Shown: positions 39,283 to 49,131 of the stretch, piece by piece
How the letters are laid out: the number at the start of each line of letters is the position of its first letter
How positions within the stretch are numbered: the stretch's first letter is position 1
IMG/VR virus record: IMGVR_UViG_3300028327_000538
Span: 1 to 64,000 of that record
DNA length: 64,000 bases
Origin: a virus
Lineage: Duplodnaviria > Caudoviricetes
Direction: 5' to 3' (one strand)
The notes under the pieces: model-generated
What the model was told of the DNA's origin: nothing
The model's database searches: none
The model's input: the letters and a program-made list of their open reading frames with translations, nothing else
Position numbers and translations under genes: made by a program

Positions 39283-39317
39283 CGCAAAAACACTGGATAT
39301 TTTGTTATAAACATTAT
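39283..39317 (+). promoter_or_regulatory. Bipartite phage promoter-like motif, copy 3
   Basis: CGCAAA-N11-TTTTGTTATAAACATTAT, then GGGAA..TTCCC hairpin and TAAGGAGG RBS. Confidence 0.7.
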
Positions 39318-39356
39318 GAGGGAATAATAACTTTCCCCATTTTATAAGGAGGTTTT

Positions 39357-39707
39357 ATGCAAAAATCCAATAACGAACTGGTTCACGAGATTGTCCACGA
39401 ATTTGAACAATCCTGCGATAACCTGAATCGCGCTATTGATTTCGCGTTGACGTCGTTTGCCGAGAAGCTCGACGAAATGCACATTGACAGCAATGATGTG
39501 CAGGAAATCAAAAACATTCTGTCCACCCAGACAAGCGCGCTCCTGAAAATCGTCAAACTCGGCGACTACAGCAACGTGCCGGACAGAGAGGAACTGATTG
39601 CGCTGACGACGGAAGCAAAGGGTCTGGCGACATCGTTCAAAGACATGACGCGCTTATGCCGAATCGGCATGAAAGCCCTGGTTCACTTCGTCAAAACGCA
39701 GTTCTGA
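39357..39707 (+). CDS. Monocistronic helical early-like protein
   Basis: Perfect RBS; own promoter motif and terminator. Confidence 0.7.
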   Translation: MQKSNNELVHEIVHEFEQSCDNLNRAIDFALTSFAEKLDEMHIDSNDVQEIKNILSTQTSALLKIVKLGDYSNVPDREELIALTTEAKGLATSFKDMTRLCRIGMKALVHFVKTQF

Positions 39708-39717
39708 AGCAAAACAA

Positions 39718-39745
39718 AGGCCGCCAACATTGGCGGCCTGTTCTG
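39718..39745 (+). terminator. Hairpin terminator
   Basis: AGGCCGCCAA-ca-TTGGCGGCCT followed by GTTCTGTT. Confidence 0.65.
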
Positions 39746-39765
39746 TTGTTCCTAAGAGATTTTGA

Positions 39766-39867
39766 CTATTTGAAGATACTACGGAAGAAGCGCACTGCCT
39801 CTTCGTCTTCGGGTGTTCTTACCACGAAGAAAAGTATTATGCTTCCTACTATTTCGACTATTCCCAT
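39766..39867 (-). CDS. 33-aa hydrophobic peptide, copy 2
   Basis: MGIVEIVGSIILFFVVRTPEDEEAVRFFRSIFK*; GGAG RBS. Confidence 0.7.
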   Translation of the reverse strand: MGIVEIVGSIILFFVVRTPEDEEAVRFFRSIFK

Positions 39868-40149
39868 TTGAGGCTCCACAAAAACAATGGTTGGGAAAGG
39901 ATTTAGCAGCAACTAACTGTAAGTTGCCGCCAAGTATGTAACGGTATATATCTCTTCAGAGTGTTCTTGTCTGTTCCTTCTATTAGTTTTATCTTGTTTC
40001 CTGCGCGACCACAGCCTCTACGGGCTGTCGCTTTACCGGGTCGTCGTTGTCAGCCACGTTACCTCCTGTAAAAAACACATGGTAACAACAATATAGAAAG
40101 GGGGAAGCCCCTTTCTTTTAGCTATAATTAAAACAGAAAGGAAAACTAT

Positions 40150-40635
40150 ATGTTAAGCAACTTGATTGTTATATTACTGATTGTTGGGGCGGCGTCACTT
40201 TTTTATTGGAATGTCGCGCAACCGGTTCTGTTGCGCCCCCATGTCTATCGTTTATCATCTCTACGTGACAGTCTACGTTGGGAGATGATTGAAGGCCGAC
40301 TTGACATAGACGACAAAAACGCCGCGACCCTAAGCCGCATTATTGAAGCAATCACAGCCAATGCTCAAACGATGAGCATATTGCATTTCTTTTGGTTCCG
40401 CTTCGTAAACCGCAATAGGGAGATGCCCGATAATATTAAGCGATACTGCCGCGATGCGCCCGATACAATCAAAAAGCTGAATCGTATCGCAATGGAGACA
40501 TCTATCGCTATTATGTTGATCAACGCTCCTGTGTTCAGCGTAATCTTTTCGACAGCGCTGTTGCGAAAGCGGCTAAAGGCTCTGGGCACTGCTGATGACT
40601 TTGTTGTGCTCTTTAATAATCCAGGAGTTGTTTAG
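40150..40635 (+). CDS. Membrane hypothetical protein
   Basis: N-terminal TM; AAAGGA RBS. Confidence 0.6.
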   Translation: MLSNLIVILLIVGAASLFYWNVAQPVLLRPHVYRLSSLRDSLRWEMIEGRLDIDDKNAATLSRIIEAITANAQTMSILHFFWFRFVNRNREMPDNIKRYCRDAPDTIKKLNRIAMETSIAIMLINAPVFSVIFSTALLRKRLKALGTADDFVVLFNNPGVV

Positions 40636-42777
40636 CGTCTGGTCTTTGGCGGCGTCAACTATTGAAGTCGAAAGCATTCGTTCTCCGGCGGAGCTGTCCA
40701 TTAAGCGCATCAGGTTTTTAATGGGTTCGGTGTCCAATCTCCGGCCCTTTTCATCGCGAGAAAGATCGACATACAGCTCATTGGCTATCCTTATTCCTGA
40801 ATAGTCGGATATTTTCATTATGTTGTAGGCGTCTGGAGGGTTGGGGCCTACGCAACTGTGGAAGATGGCGAAGTCCTCGAAAGATGCTATTTTTCTTTTT
40901 GTGTTTTTTCTGTAATCCTCTTTGAATCTGCTTTTGTATATCTTTGCAATTTCTTCCGCCTGTTTTGTTGGTTTTTTGAAGTCGCCAACCGCCATAATCG
41001 GCTCACTGCCAATCAGAGCCATAGAATAGTCAAGCGAAGTCTTAGCTTGCCCGGTCGGGGAACCAAGTATCGGGTCGTGCGCCAGGGCCGTATTCGTTAT
41101 GTCTTCATGGCAGTAACGCGGATAGCTAAGTTGCAAAACGATTGAATAGCTGCCCTGGGCGCTCCAGGACTTTGAGCAGCTCTCGCACCAGGCCATGATG
41201 TGAGGGCCGCTGTCGCTGATGATAAGAACACTGTGGCCGGGCACAATATCAACCGTTGACGTGACCTGGACTGAAATAGAGCGGTTCTTGAAATAGGATT
41301 GGAGGAATTCATAATTCAGAAGATTTTTAAGTGTGGAGAGTTGTTTTTGGGTTTTCTCAAAATCTTCTGAGGTCGAAAATTTTTTGACTTCGGCTTCTGC
41401 TTTGGCAATGTCTTCTTTCTTCGCGTCTTTTTTTTCTTTTAACGTCTCAAGTCTTTTTTGCGCGGCGATATACTCCGGGAACGAGGCCCTCATGCTGGAC
41501 TCAAGACTGTCAAGCGATTGCTGGTAGGCGGTGTTAAACTGGACGTCAAAATGGCTCGCGCCGTATTCATGTTCGTACGGGGAATATCCGCGATCCGTCC
41601 TCCATAACATATGTTCGCTTTTCGGCGCGGAGAATGAGCGAAAATGTCCGTCCGGGTCGTCGAATTTAGGCCCCACAACCACTGTGGTTGTGAATGGCGC
41701 ATCCACGAATGGAATCCTTACTTTATACCTGTCCCGCGTAGGCTCGCTTAAATAATTGTAGCTCATTGACATGGAGACAACTTGATCCGGGAACAGGATA
41801 TTGCATTTTGGAGGTATGGCTATTATAGACTTTGGTTTTACAAAAAACTCGGCCATGCCGGGGTATTTGCGGTTATTTAAAGCGAGAATGTCTGCTGTGG
41901 CGCTGCCTTTGCTACTGCTCTCATAGTCTTTGGAAGCTCCGAGCGTCATTGGTAGAAATGTGGCTCTCGGAATATTGTAGATGTCGTAATATCCATACGA
42001 AAGCACTCTGAACGCTATATCAAGGTACGAGTTCAGCCCCTGAAGGTCTCCGCAGTTAAGAGCCGTTTCGCCAATAATGTCAAAGGTCTCCTGGGTGTTT
42101 AAGAACTTCTTGGTGAACTCATTCGTGGGCACACCATACAATTTACGATTCAGGCCGTAATTCGTCAGAAACTTTCTGTACCACCAGGGGTTTGCCCGTT
42201 CTGTTTGCTCCAGCAACGGCTTGGCTCCGTCTCTGCTACAGATAAAGCCCTTGCCATTATAGAAGTAACGGTATCCCGTTATGCCGTCGCTTTTTTTGCC
42301 GTACGGCTCGTTGGTCAATACGCACGCGGTCGCCATCCCGACATCGTACGAGTTCTGCTTTACGATCTGGGAGAAGTAATTCGTAAGAACGCCGTCGATC
42401 CTGATATTGAGTGAGGTGTCCATTCCTCTGTTGTCCAGCATTTCAAGCTGAGTGATATAGGCGTCCAACTGTTTGCGCTGGCTCCATATAATTCCGTCTG
42501 TGTAACCGGTAAAATTAAACTGAACGCTTCCGTTGACGTCTTTGCTTTCGCTCTTGGCTACAAGCGCTCCGTCAAACTCCAATTCTGACGGGCTGCTTTC
42601 CGTGTCCTGGCGCCATATCTGGAACTTTGTATAGCGTCTGAGATTGATAATCCACGGAGAATAGGGAATACTTACATCGCATCGCGCCAGTGTGTTAAAT
42701 CCGCTATGCACCTGAAAAGCAATCATAGGGGTTTTAACACCGGCTATGAATAGGTGGAATTTTGGGGTGTGGATCAT
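40573..42777 (-). CDS. Putative baseplate hub/tail protein
   Basis: 734 aa; N-terminal LFIAGVKTP...FDG; C-terminal DIVPGHSVLII..G.H...CSKSWS beta-barrel pattern typical of hub proteins. Confidence 0.5.
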   Translation of the reverse strand: MIHTPKFHLFIAGVKTPMIAFQVHSGFNTLARCDVSIPYSPWIINLRRYTKFQIWRQDTESSPSELEFDGALVAKSESKDVNGSVQFNFTGYTDGIIWSQRKQLDAYITQLEMLDNRGMDTSLNIRIDGVLTNYFSQIVKQNSYDVGMATACVLTNEPYGKKSDGITGYRYFYNGKGFICSRDGAKPLLEQTERANPWWYRKFLTNYGLNRKLYGVPTNEFTKKFLNTQETFDIIGETALNCGDLQGLNSYLDIAFRVLSYGYYDIYNIPRATFLPMTLGASKDYESSSKGSATADILALNNRKYPGMAEFFVKPKSIIAIPPKCNILFPDQVVSMSMSYNYLSEPTRDRYKVRIPFVDAPFTTTVVVGPKFDDPDGHFRSFSAPKSEHMLWRTDRGYSPYEHEYGASHFDVQFNTAYQQSLDSLESSMRASFPEYIAAQKRLETLKEKKDAKKEDIAKAEAEVKKFSTSEDFEKTQKQLSTLKNLLNYEFLQSYFKNRSISVQVTSTVDIVPGHSVLIISDSGPHIMAWCESCSKSWSAQGSYSIVLQLSYPRYCHEDITNTALAHDPILGSPTGQAKTSLDYSMALIGSEPIMAVGDFKKPTKQAEEIAKIYKSRFKEDYRKNTKRKIASFEDFAIFHSCVGPNPPDAYNIMKISDYSGIRIANELYVDLSRDEKGRRLDTEPIKNLMRLMDSSAGERMLSTSIVDAAKDQTLNNSWIIKEHNKVISSAQSL

Positions 42778-43733
42778 AGGTTTTGCTGGAATGTGCGGCC
42801 AATTCTCTTTGCGCCGCCCAGCAGTCTCGAATTTGAATTCGCGAAACTCTGTTTCCAGGTCAGACCGCCGCCAACACCTTTTGCAACGGAATGTCCGTAA
42901 TCAAAAGCGCCCCCCATTATGGCTCCCCGGCCAAAACCCTTGCCGAAAGCCCCTAATCTGGACTCGCCCGGCTGGGCGGTTGCCGCTGAAACTGTTCCGT
43001 CCAGAGCGCCCCATCCCAATGCTGATTTTGCCGACCCGGCAAACAAGCCTTTGTTTTTATACAGGGCTTTGCCTGTCGTCGCTACAGCACCAAGAAGCGA
43101 AGATACTTTGGAAAACGCGGGAAGAGCTTCTTTATAAGTCTGGTTAAGCCGCTGGAATGGAGTGAACTGACCCTTGGGCATCGTAGTTCTTTTGATGTGG
43201 TCCATGTGCGACCCCACTCCCATTGCTCCACCAAACACAGCGCCCCATTTGGCTCCGCTCAACGCGCTCTGCATTTTCTCGCCGCTTGGTGCTGAAATGG
43301 CGTTTATGCCGGCATTAACGCCGGCGTCGACGGCTCCGTGAGCTATGACTTTTTTAGTTACGGGATTTGACCACAATCTAGTTCCAAGCCTCGCCAATTG
43401 GGGAACAAAGGCTTTCTTTTCTATTGACCCTTTCGGGCCAAGCGCTCTATAGGCTAAGGCTCCTCCCAATACACTGGCGCCAACACCTAACATGTATCGA
43501 CCATATCGTTGATGTAGTTTCTTTGGATCATAAGAGAACCCCAAAATGGGCTTTGCGTATGACGTGCCCTTTTCTGTTTGATCGAGTAAATCTCTAATGG
43601 CAAAAGCCGCTGTGCCAGCGGCCAAAGCTGAACCAACATTACGGGCATTGAGTGCGCGATGAGAAGTTTCCTTGACGTTGGACGAGTCACCCAAGCGCTT
43701 GATAGGATCTGGCAACTTCTCTTTGATGGGCAT
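42774..43733 (-). CDS. Glycine-zipper K-x-A cargo-like protein with two internal repeats
   Basis: IEKKAFV; ISAPSGEKMQSALSGAKWGAVFGGAM / ATAQPGESRLGAFGKGFGRGAIMGGAF. Confidence 0.65.
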   Translation of the reverse strand: MPIKEKLPDPIKRLGDSSNVKETSHRALNARNVGSALAAGTAAFAIRDLLDQTEKGTSYAKPILGFSYDPKKLHQRYGRYMLGVGASVLGGALAYRALGPKGSIEKKAFVPQLARLGTRLWSNPVTKKVIAHGAVDAGVNAGINAISAPSGEKMQSALSGAKWGAVFGGAMGVGSHMDHIKRTTMPKGQFTPFQRLNQTYKEALPAFSKVSSLLGAVATTGKALYKNKGLFAGSAKSALGWGALDGTVSAATAQPGESRLGAFGKGFGRGAIMGGAFDYGHSVAKGVGGGLTWKQSFANSNSRLLGGAKRIGRTFQQNL

Positions 43734-44200
43734 TAAATTCTTCCGACAAGGGACTGGGCTTTTTTTGCGAGATTCCTTGAGCTTTGAAGCATGGCAGCGC
43801 TGTTTTGCAGGTTGTCTATTTCGTTTTTAGAGAGCGCTTTTGACACTGTTTCAGCGGTTTTGACTTTACCTAGTCCCAATTTGTTATTAACCTTAGCTGA
43901 TCCCATAGCACCACCGGCGGCTCCGCCAATAACCGCTCCTTTTAATGCACTCTTTATTCTGTGGTCTTTATCGCCAAGAGTACCGCCTATAATCGCTCCC
44001 GGAACGGCTCCTTTAATAACGCCCAAACCAGTACCGCCAATCAATGAGGCGGTTGCTCCTTCCGCTCCCATTCTGGTTAATCCAGCGGCTGAACCAAGAA
44101 CTCCGCGCCTTCCAAGCCAAGCTCCTATTTGTCTAATTAAAGACTCTTTAACAGCGGCTTCTTTTGTTAAGGATAATATATTGCCAACTTTTGTTATCAT
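43733..44200 (-). CDS. Glycine-zipper cargo-like protein with MITKVGNILSLTKEA leader
   Basis: Leader shared with 33977..34813; GAGG RBS. Confidence 0.7.
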   Translation of the reverse strand: MITKVGNILSLTKEAAVKESLIRQIGAWLGRRGVLGSAAGLTRMGAEGATASLIGGTGLGVIKGAVPGAIIGGTLGDKDHRIKSALKGAVIGGAAGGAMGSAKVNNKLGLGKVKTAETVSKALSKNEIDNLQNSAAMLQSSRNLAKKAQSLVGRI

Positions 44201-44232
44201 GATTTACCTCTATTATAAGAATAGCCTAACAA

Positions 44233-45027
44233 CTAAAAAATAGCAACTGTCTCCGGCTTAAAAAATTCCTCTTTTACCGGGCATTCAAAAATCTGGTGGA
44301 ATTCATTGGTGAGCGGGGCAAGGTCTAAGGAGCCGTCCAGGGGGACGTAATAGTAATCATATGGGAGGCTGTTATATAAGATACGGCTTGTTTCGGCTTC
44401 GGCGTTGGTATTGATAAACAGAACAGGGCTGTCCAATCTGTCAAGTACCGGATTGGAATAGTTATGTCCCGCCGAGAGCCTGACTGTGGGCATATCGCGC
44501 ACGGGGGTCTTGTAGGTGACAGTTGCCACGGGGAAGATTTCCGGGTGATACGGGGGCCACTTCACAGAAAACACGTCATTTTGAAGCGCGGGGGTTAATT
44601 CAACCCGCTCATAATTTACCAGGGTCAGGACGCCCGACGGGGTATGCGGGGGTATGGGCGATTCCAGATCGAGCCTGTATATTCCGTTGGCATTGTAAAG
44701 AACGCGCCCCACAGGAATCGCAAAGCCTGCGCTCATCACTGTGAGCGGCACGTCTCGGCGCCCGGAATAGTACTGGTTAAGGAATATCGTTTTTGAGCCG
44801 GGGATGGTATTTATATTGGCAAATATATCCTGAACCCGCCATATATATGCTTTGAGAATTATATTATTGACATCATGGGCGGGGTGTGGAAGAGTGAACG
44901 TATCAGATGTAACCCAAGTCGGACTAACGCTTTGACGTTCAAATAGCTTGCCAATCAAAACCAATCCAAAACCGTTTGAATCGGACGATTCCGGTATAGA
45001 TAACTGTTCCCTTAACGTAATTTCCAT
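44233..45027 (-). CDS. Putative tail/baseplate protein
   Basis: ATG 45027 with TGtTAAAAT 7 nt upstream; beta-rich. Confidence 0.5.
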   Translation of the reverse strand: MEITLREQLSIPESSDSNGFGLVLIGKLFERQSVSPTWVTSDTFTLPHPAHDVNNIILKAYIWRVQDIFANINTIPGSKTIFLNQYYSGRRDVPLTVMSAGFAIPVGRVLYNANGIYRLDLESPIPPHTPSGVLTLVNYERVELTPALQNDVFSVKWPPYHPEIFPVATVTYKTPVRDMPTVRLSAGHNYSNPVLDRLDSPVLFINTNAEAETSRILYNSLPYDYYYVPLDGSLDLAPLTNEFHQIFECPVKEEFFKPETVAIF

Positions 45028-45058
45028 ATAACCCATTTTAACACAAAGGAGTGAAACG

Positions 45059-46708
45059 ATGGAATGTTGTGCCATTGATACTACGGCTGATTATGATATA
45101 GAGGCAGAGACAGTAAATATATGCGACATTTTAGACGTATGCGATGATGTAGAATACACGGTACGCGCAGTTAGAAATATCGTAAAAGAGAGTTTGGGCA
45201 GAAAAGAGGGATTGCGGAATATTTTAAGGGTTGACGCTAATTGGAATGAAGAGCGCCAAGCTGTTATCCTTCCGGCTGACAGCGTAAAAGCTGACAACGC
45301 AGAATTTGACCGCGACTATCGCGATCTAAACAACGTGTTAGAGGCGGCTTTTAAATTCCGTCGCAATAACCTTGACAATGATCATTATGAGGCGATACGT
45401 GAGGTGCTGTCATACAATCGCCGATTAATGCAAGGCGACGAGGAACTCAGTTTTCTTGAAAAATACAATCTAAAGCCCCCCCAAAATGGGCAAAAGGCTT
45501 CTCGTCTTGTCAATAAGATTTTGCGCCACGCTCATTATGACAAAGACAACGCAGAGGCGTATAAAAACATTTTTCCGCTTGTGGCCGACTTGTTAAACAT
45601 AGAAAAGCAAAACGTAGATATTGTCCTTTCAATCAATCCTTACGATTACCTCACAATGTCTCATTATCATCGCAATAGCTGGAAATCGTGTCATGACATA
45701 GAGAGCGGTTCGTATAGAGCTGGGGTTATAGACCTTATGTTAGACAAAACAACGATGGTGCTGTATACCTGTAAAGATTTTTTTAATAATCATTATCCTA
45801 AAATGCTGACAAGGGCGCTAATGTCATACGAAAACGGGATATTATTACAAGGGCGCATCTATCCTGATCGTGAAAATTACCAAGAAAAAACAGCCGCATA
45901 TTACAGATTAATTGTTGGGAAAATCATATCGAATGGACTTGGAGTGACGAACTTTTGGCGTGCGCCCCAAAAAGCCATCTTAAACAATAAGATGATTTGT
46001 AGCCACAAAGATAGTCTGCATTATCCTGATTATCTGCATTTCAACAACTGTTGTATCACAACACATAAAACCTTATTTAATGAGGAGGGGGTTATTAATA
46101 TTGGCTCGGCCCCTCTTTGTCTAAACTGCGAGGATACAGTAACAAACACTGAGAGTTTAACATGCTGCGGTTGTAATGGTAGTTTGAAATGTTGTAAATG
46201 CGACTGTGATCTAGAAGATGATCGAGGGAACTTTATTAATGGAAGTCTTTACTGTAGCAATTGCTCATATTGCTGTGATGATTGCGATAATTGGTTTGTA
46301 GGGAATGGAACTGAAGTATATAGAGGGACAGGGAATTCGATCTGCGTCTGCCCTAAATGTGCGGATAATCATTATTTATGCGACAAATGTGCGCAGCTTT
46401 TTTCTGGAGATCTAACAATAAACTATATAGATGAATATGGTATTAACGAGTGCGTATGTACAGAGTGCTGGGAAGAAATAAGCATAAATTACGAGGAATG
46501 CGGAATATGTCATGAATACAGACACCTTGGTCAACTCACCGAAGTTGGTTTTGTAGATATATGTCCAGATTGTTTGTCCAACGAAATCGCTAATAGGAAC
46601 ATTGCCCTATGTTCTCATTGCAAGCAGTATTTCTCTACAGAAGGAGTAATCGCCGATTTGTGCCCAGACTGCTTTGACAGACATCGCAAAGAGGTCTGTC
46701 ATGAATGA
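45059..46708 (+). CDS. Multi-CxxC Zn-ribbon phage protein
   Basis: LSINPYDYLTMS...SWKSCH...YRAG...GRIYP core plus many CxxC pairs; AAAGGAG RBS. Confidence 0.65.
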   Translation: MECCAIDTTADYDIEAETVNICDILDVCDDVEYTVRAVRNIVKESLGRKEGLRNILRVDANWNEERQAVILPADSVKADNAEFDRDYRDLNNVLEAAFKFRRNNLDNDHYEAIREVLSYNRRLMQGDEELSFLEKYNLKPPQNGQKASRLVNKILRHAHYDKDNAEAYKNIFPLVADLLNIEKQNVDIVLSINPYDYLTMSHYHRNSWKSCHDIESGSYRAGVIDLMLDKTTMVLYTCKDFFNNHYPKMLTRALMSYENGILLQGRIYPDRENYQEKTAAYYRLIVGKIISNGLGVTNFWRAPQKAILNNKMICSHKDSLHYPDYLHFNNCCITTHKTLFNEEGVINIGSAPLCLNCEDTVTNTESLTCCGCNGSLKCCKCDCDLEDDRGNFINGSLYCSNCSYCCDDCDNWFVGNGTEVYRGTGNSICVCPKCADNHYLCDKCAQLFSGDLTINYIDEYGINECVCTECWEEISINYEECGICHEYRHLGQLTEVGFVDICPDCLSNEIANRNIALCSHCKQYFSTEGVIADLCPDCFDRHRKEVCHE

Positions 46709-47639
46709 TAAAATAGTGTCGGCATTCGTTAAATTATGTAAGATGTCTCAACCAAGATTAAAAGAGTATTTGTTTAATATACTTAAAAACAAGGGGTTAG
46801 ACCCGATTGACGCGCCTGGTTATTTATACGCTGAGGGGTCTGTTCCAATACTTTTAACGGCACATCTTGATACCGTTCATAGCCAGACCGTCCAAGATGT
46901 ATGTATAAACCAAAATAACAGCTTGGTTTGGAGTCCACAGGGAATAGGCGGAGACGACCGCTGCGGAGTTTGGATAATCCTCGAAATCCTTAAAACAATC
47001 CCATGTCACGTACTCTTTTGTGAAGACGAAGAAATTGGGCGAAAGGGAGCAATTCAATTTGTCAAAAGCGGGATTTGTCCGTCTGTAGATTTTATTTTTG
47101 CCTCTGACAGACGCGGAGAACGGGACGTTGTGTTCTATGACTGCGATAATCAAGATTTTGAGAGCTGGATCACCACAAACTCTTACTTCAAAACCAATAT
47201 TGGCTCCGTTTCTGACATCTCTGTGCTTGGGCCGAAGTTAAAGACTGCCGCCGCAAACTTCAGTTCCGGGTATTTCTCGGAACACACGCACGCTGAATAT
47301 GTGGACATAGAAATAATGAAGCGTACTGCGTCAGAACTATCTAAATTGATTAAGAACCACAAAATTGGAACTTTTTATCCATATACTGAAACCGTCTACG
47401 CCTATAATGATGAAATCGACACCCTCTGCGAAAAATGTATTAAATGGGACGACTTTTTTCGGGTTTGTAGATGCGATATATATACGGATTGCAACAATTG
47501 CGTGATGTTTGAGGATTGTTTTGACCGCTTTGACGATGATAACGACATCGAACTCTACAAGCCATTAAAAGATGCTTGCGCTGGGTTTAAACCAATTAAA
47601 CAAGGAGGATACAAACTTTGGGATTGCAGAGTCAGATAA
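46701..47639 (+). CDS. M28/M20-like Zn metallopeptidase
   Basis: AHLDTV, GGDDRCGV, EEIG, DRRG, SDIS, GY..EHT..E. Confidence 0.85.
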   Translation: MNDKIVSAFVKLCKMSQPRLKEYLFNILKNKGLDPIDAPGYLYAEGSVPILLTAHLDTVHSQTVQDVCINQNNSLVWSPQGIGGDDRCGVWIILEILKTIPCHVLFCEDEEIGRKGAIQFVKSGICPSVDFIFASDRRGERDVVFYDCDNQDFESWITTNSYFKTNIGSVSDISVLGPKLKTAAANFSSGYFSEHTHAEYVDIEIMKRTASELSKLIKNHKIGTFYPYTETVYAYNDEIDTLCEKCIKWDDFFRVCRCDIYTDCNNCVMFEDCFDRFDDDNDIELYKPLKDACAGFKPIKQGGYKLWDCRVR

Positions 47640-47976
47640 TAAATTGCCCCGAATATCTTGTCAGGAGGAAAATTGAGAAAAGCGCCAGGCAAAGGATATT
47701 TCTTGCAAATCGGCATTAATAAACACAGATTTGGGTATTGCATTGCGAAACCCATATGCAAGAAAGTCATAGAAGCCTACAAAAAAGAAAATTTAAACCC
47801 AGAATACTTTATGGAAGACGCAGGTGCATATAACTGCTTTTGCGAATTAATGGGAATGCCCATAAGAAAGCAAAAGGAAATTAACAATTGGGGAGCAGGT
47901 TCGTTTTTAGCAGTAAAAGACACATATTACGAACTCATGCTGGCAGCCAAATTATAGCAATTTTAGGAGGTGCTGG

Positions 47977-48420
47977 ATGACACATGAAAGAAACAGAATT
48001 GAACGGCTAAAAATCATGGACTCACATATTGAGTCAGAACTAAAGCGAGAAATTATCTGCGATAGCGAATTTGTAGAGTATTGCAAAGAGCTAACTGGAC
48101 CGCCTCAACAAATTATAGATATGCTATCCGGCCAGAAAAATCGCTTAATGCTTGCGTTTCAGGAGCATAAAGAAGAAATTGCCGAACTGAAAATTCAGTT
48201 ACAACTCGCTAATGAGAGAGCCGACGCAAGCCACGAGCGGGAACGCAAGATCGCTGCTATGGCGAGCTGGCTGGTGGAAGTGATCGTTAAGAGTCGAGAT
48301 GTTTGCCTTGAATGCAACATTGAGGACTCTTACTGCGGCTGTGCCTTTGACCGCTGTGGAGAAAAAGACTTTTGGCTTGAACAGGCAACCAAACATACAC
48401 AGGAGCTGACCAATGACTAG
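47977..48420 (+). CDS. Hypothetical coiled-coil/Cys protein
   Basis: AGGAGG RBS. Confidence 0.55.
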   Translation: MTHERNRIERLKIMDSHIESELKREIICDSEFVEYCKELTGPPQQIIDMLSGQKNRLMLAFQEHKEEIAELKIQLQLANERADASHERERKIAAMASWLVEVIVKSRDVCLECNIEDSYCGCAFDRCGEKDFWLEQATKHTQELTND

Positions 48421-49131
48421 CGCTTTAATACGCTTTACTACTGAAGATGATGGTTCGATAGAAATCTCTCTTGCATCTGATCCACCTCTTCCAAAAGATC
48501 CAGACACAAAGATGAGCACCGCTCAAGCCTTTGCGCTCTATACATTTGGGTTTACTCAACTCTATAGCATTGACGATGATTTTAAAAAAGCATACGACCA
48601 GTTAGCTGAAACCGCGAAAGCAAGGAAGGTCGTCACGCTTGCTAATTGGGAGGTGTCCAATGGATAAAGTATGCGATATTGAAAAGTTTACAAAATACAC
48701 GAGATCGCTAGAAAGCGCATTAAAGTTTGCCGAGGCCGCAGACCATTATCTGAAAGACAAAAAACTGACGGTCGAGTCGCCGATGCACACCCCTTTGATC
48801 AGAGACGCGCTAATTCGGGCAATCAGAATATTAAAACATGTTGCTTGTAACATGAGCGCGGATTTAGGCGGTGTAAAGCTGGAAGCGTTGGAAGCCGCAA
48901 AAACACAGACTGCAACACTGACCATCACATCAAATAACGGGGTTATAGAAGTGGTCACAAACTGCCCGGATACAGAGGACAAAAGTGCTCGCGTTATATG
49001 CAATATTATGCGAATCACTGAAGAATTAATTATTTGCATGGATCAGAACAAAAAATTTCAAACAGACGTTTTGGAGTTGCTTAATCAAGCGAGCGAGCGA
49101 ATAAACGTGAGTGTTAGTGGGGGAGGTGCCA

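Noticed and set aside
39656-39871. ORF-track peptide YLKILRKKRTASSSSGVLTTKK, also seen in 23590..23793
   Set aside because: It is the antisense reading of the duplicated 33-aa gene; homology limits and the substitution pattern favour the opposite strand. The 23793 ORF does have a leaderless promoter, so its 5' part may still be translated
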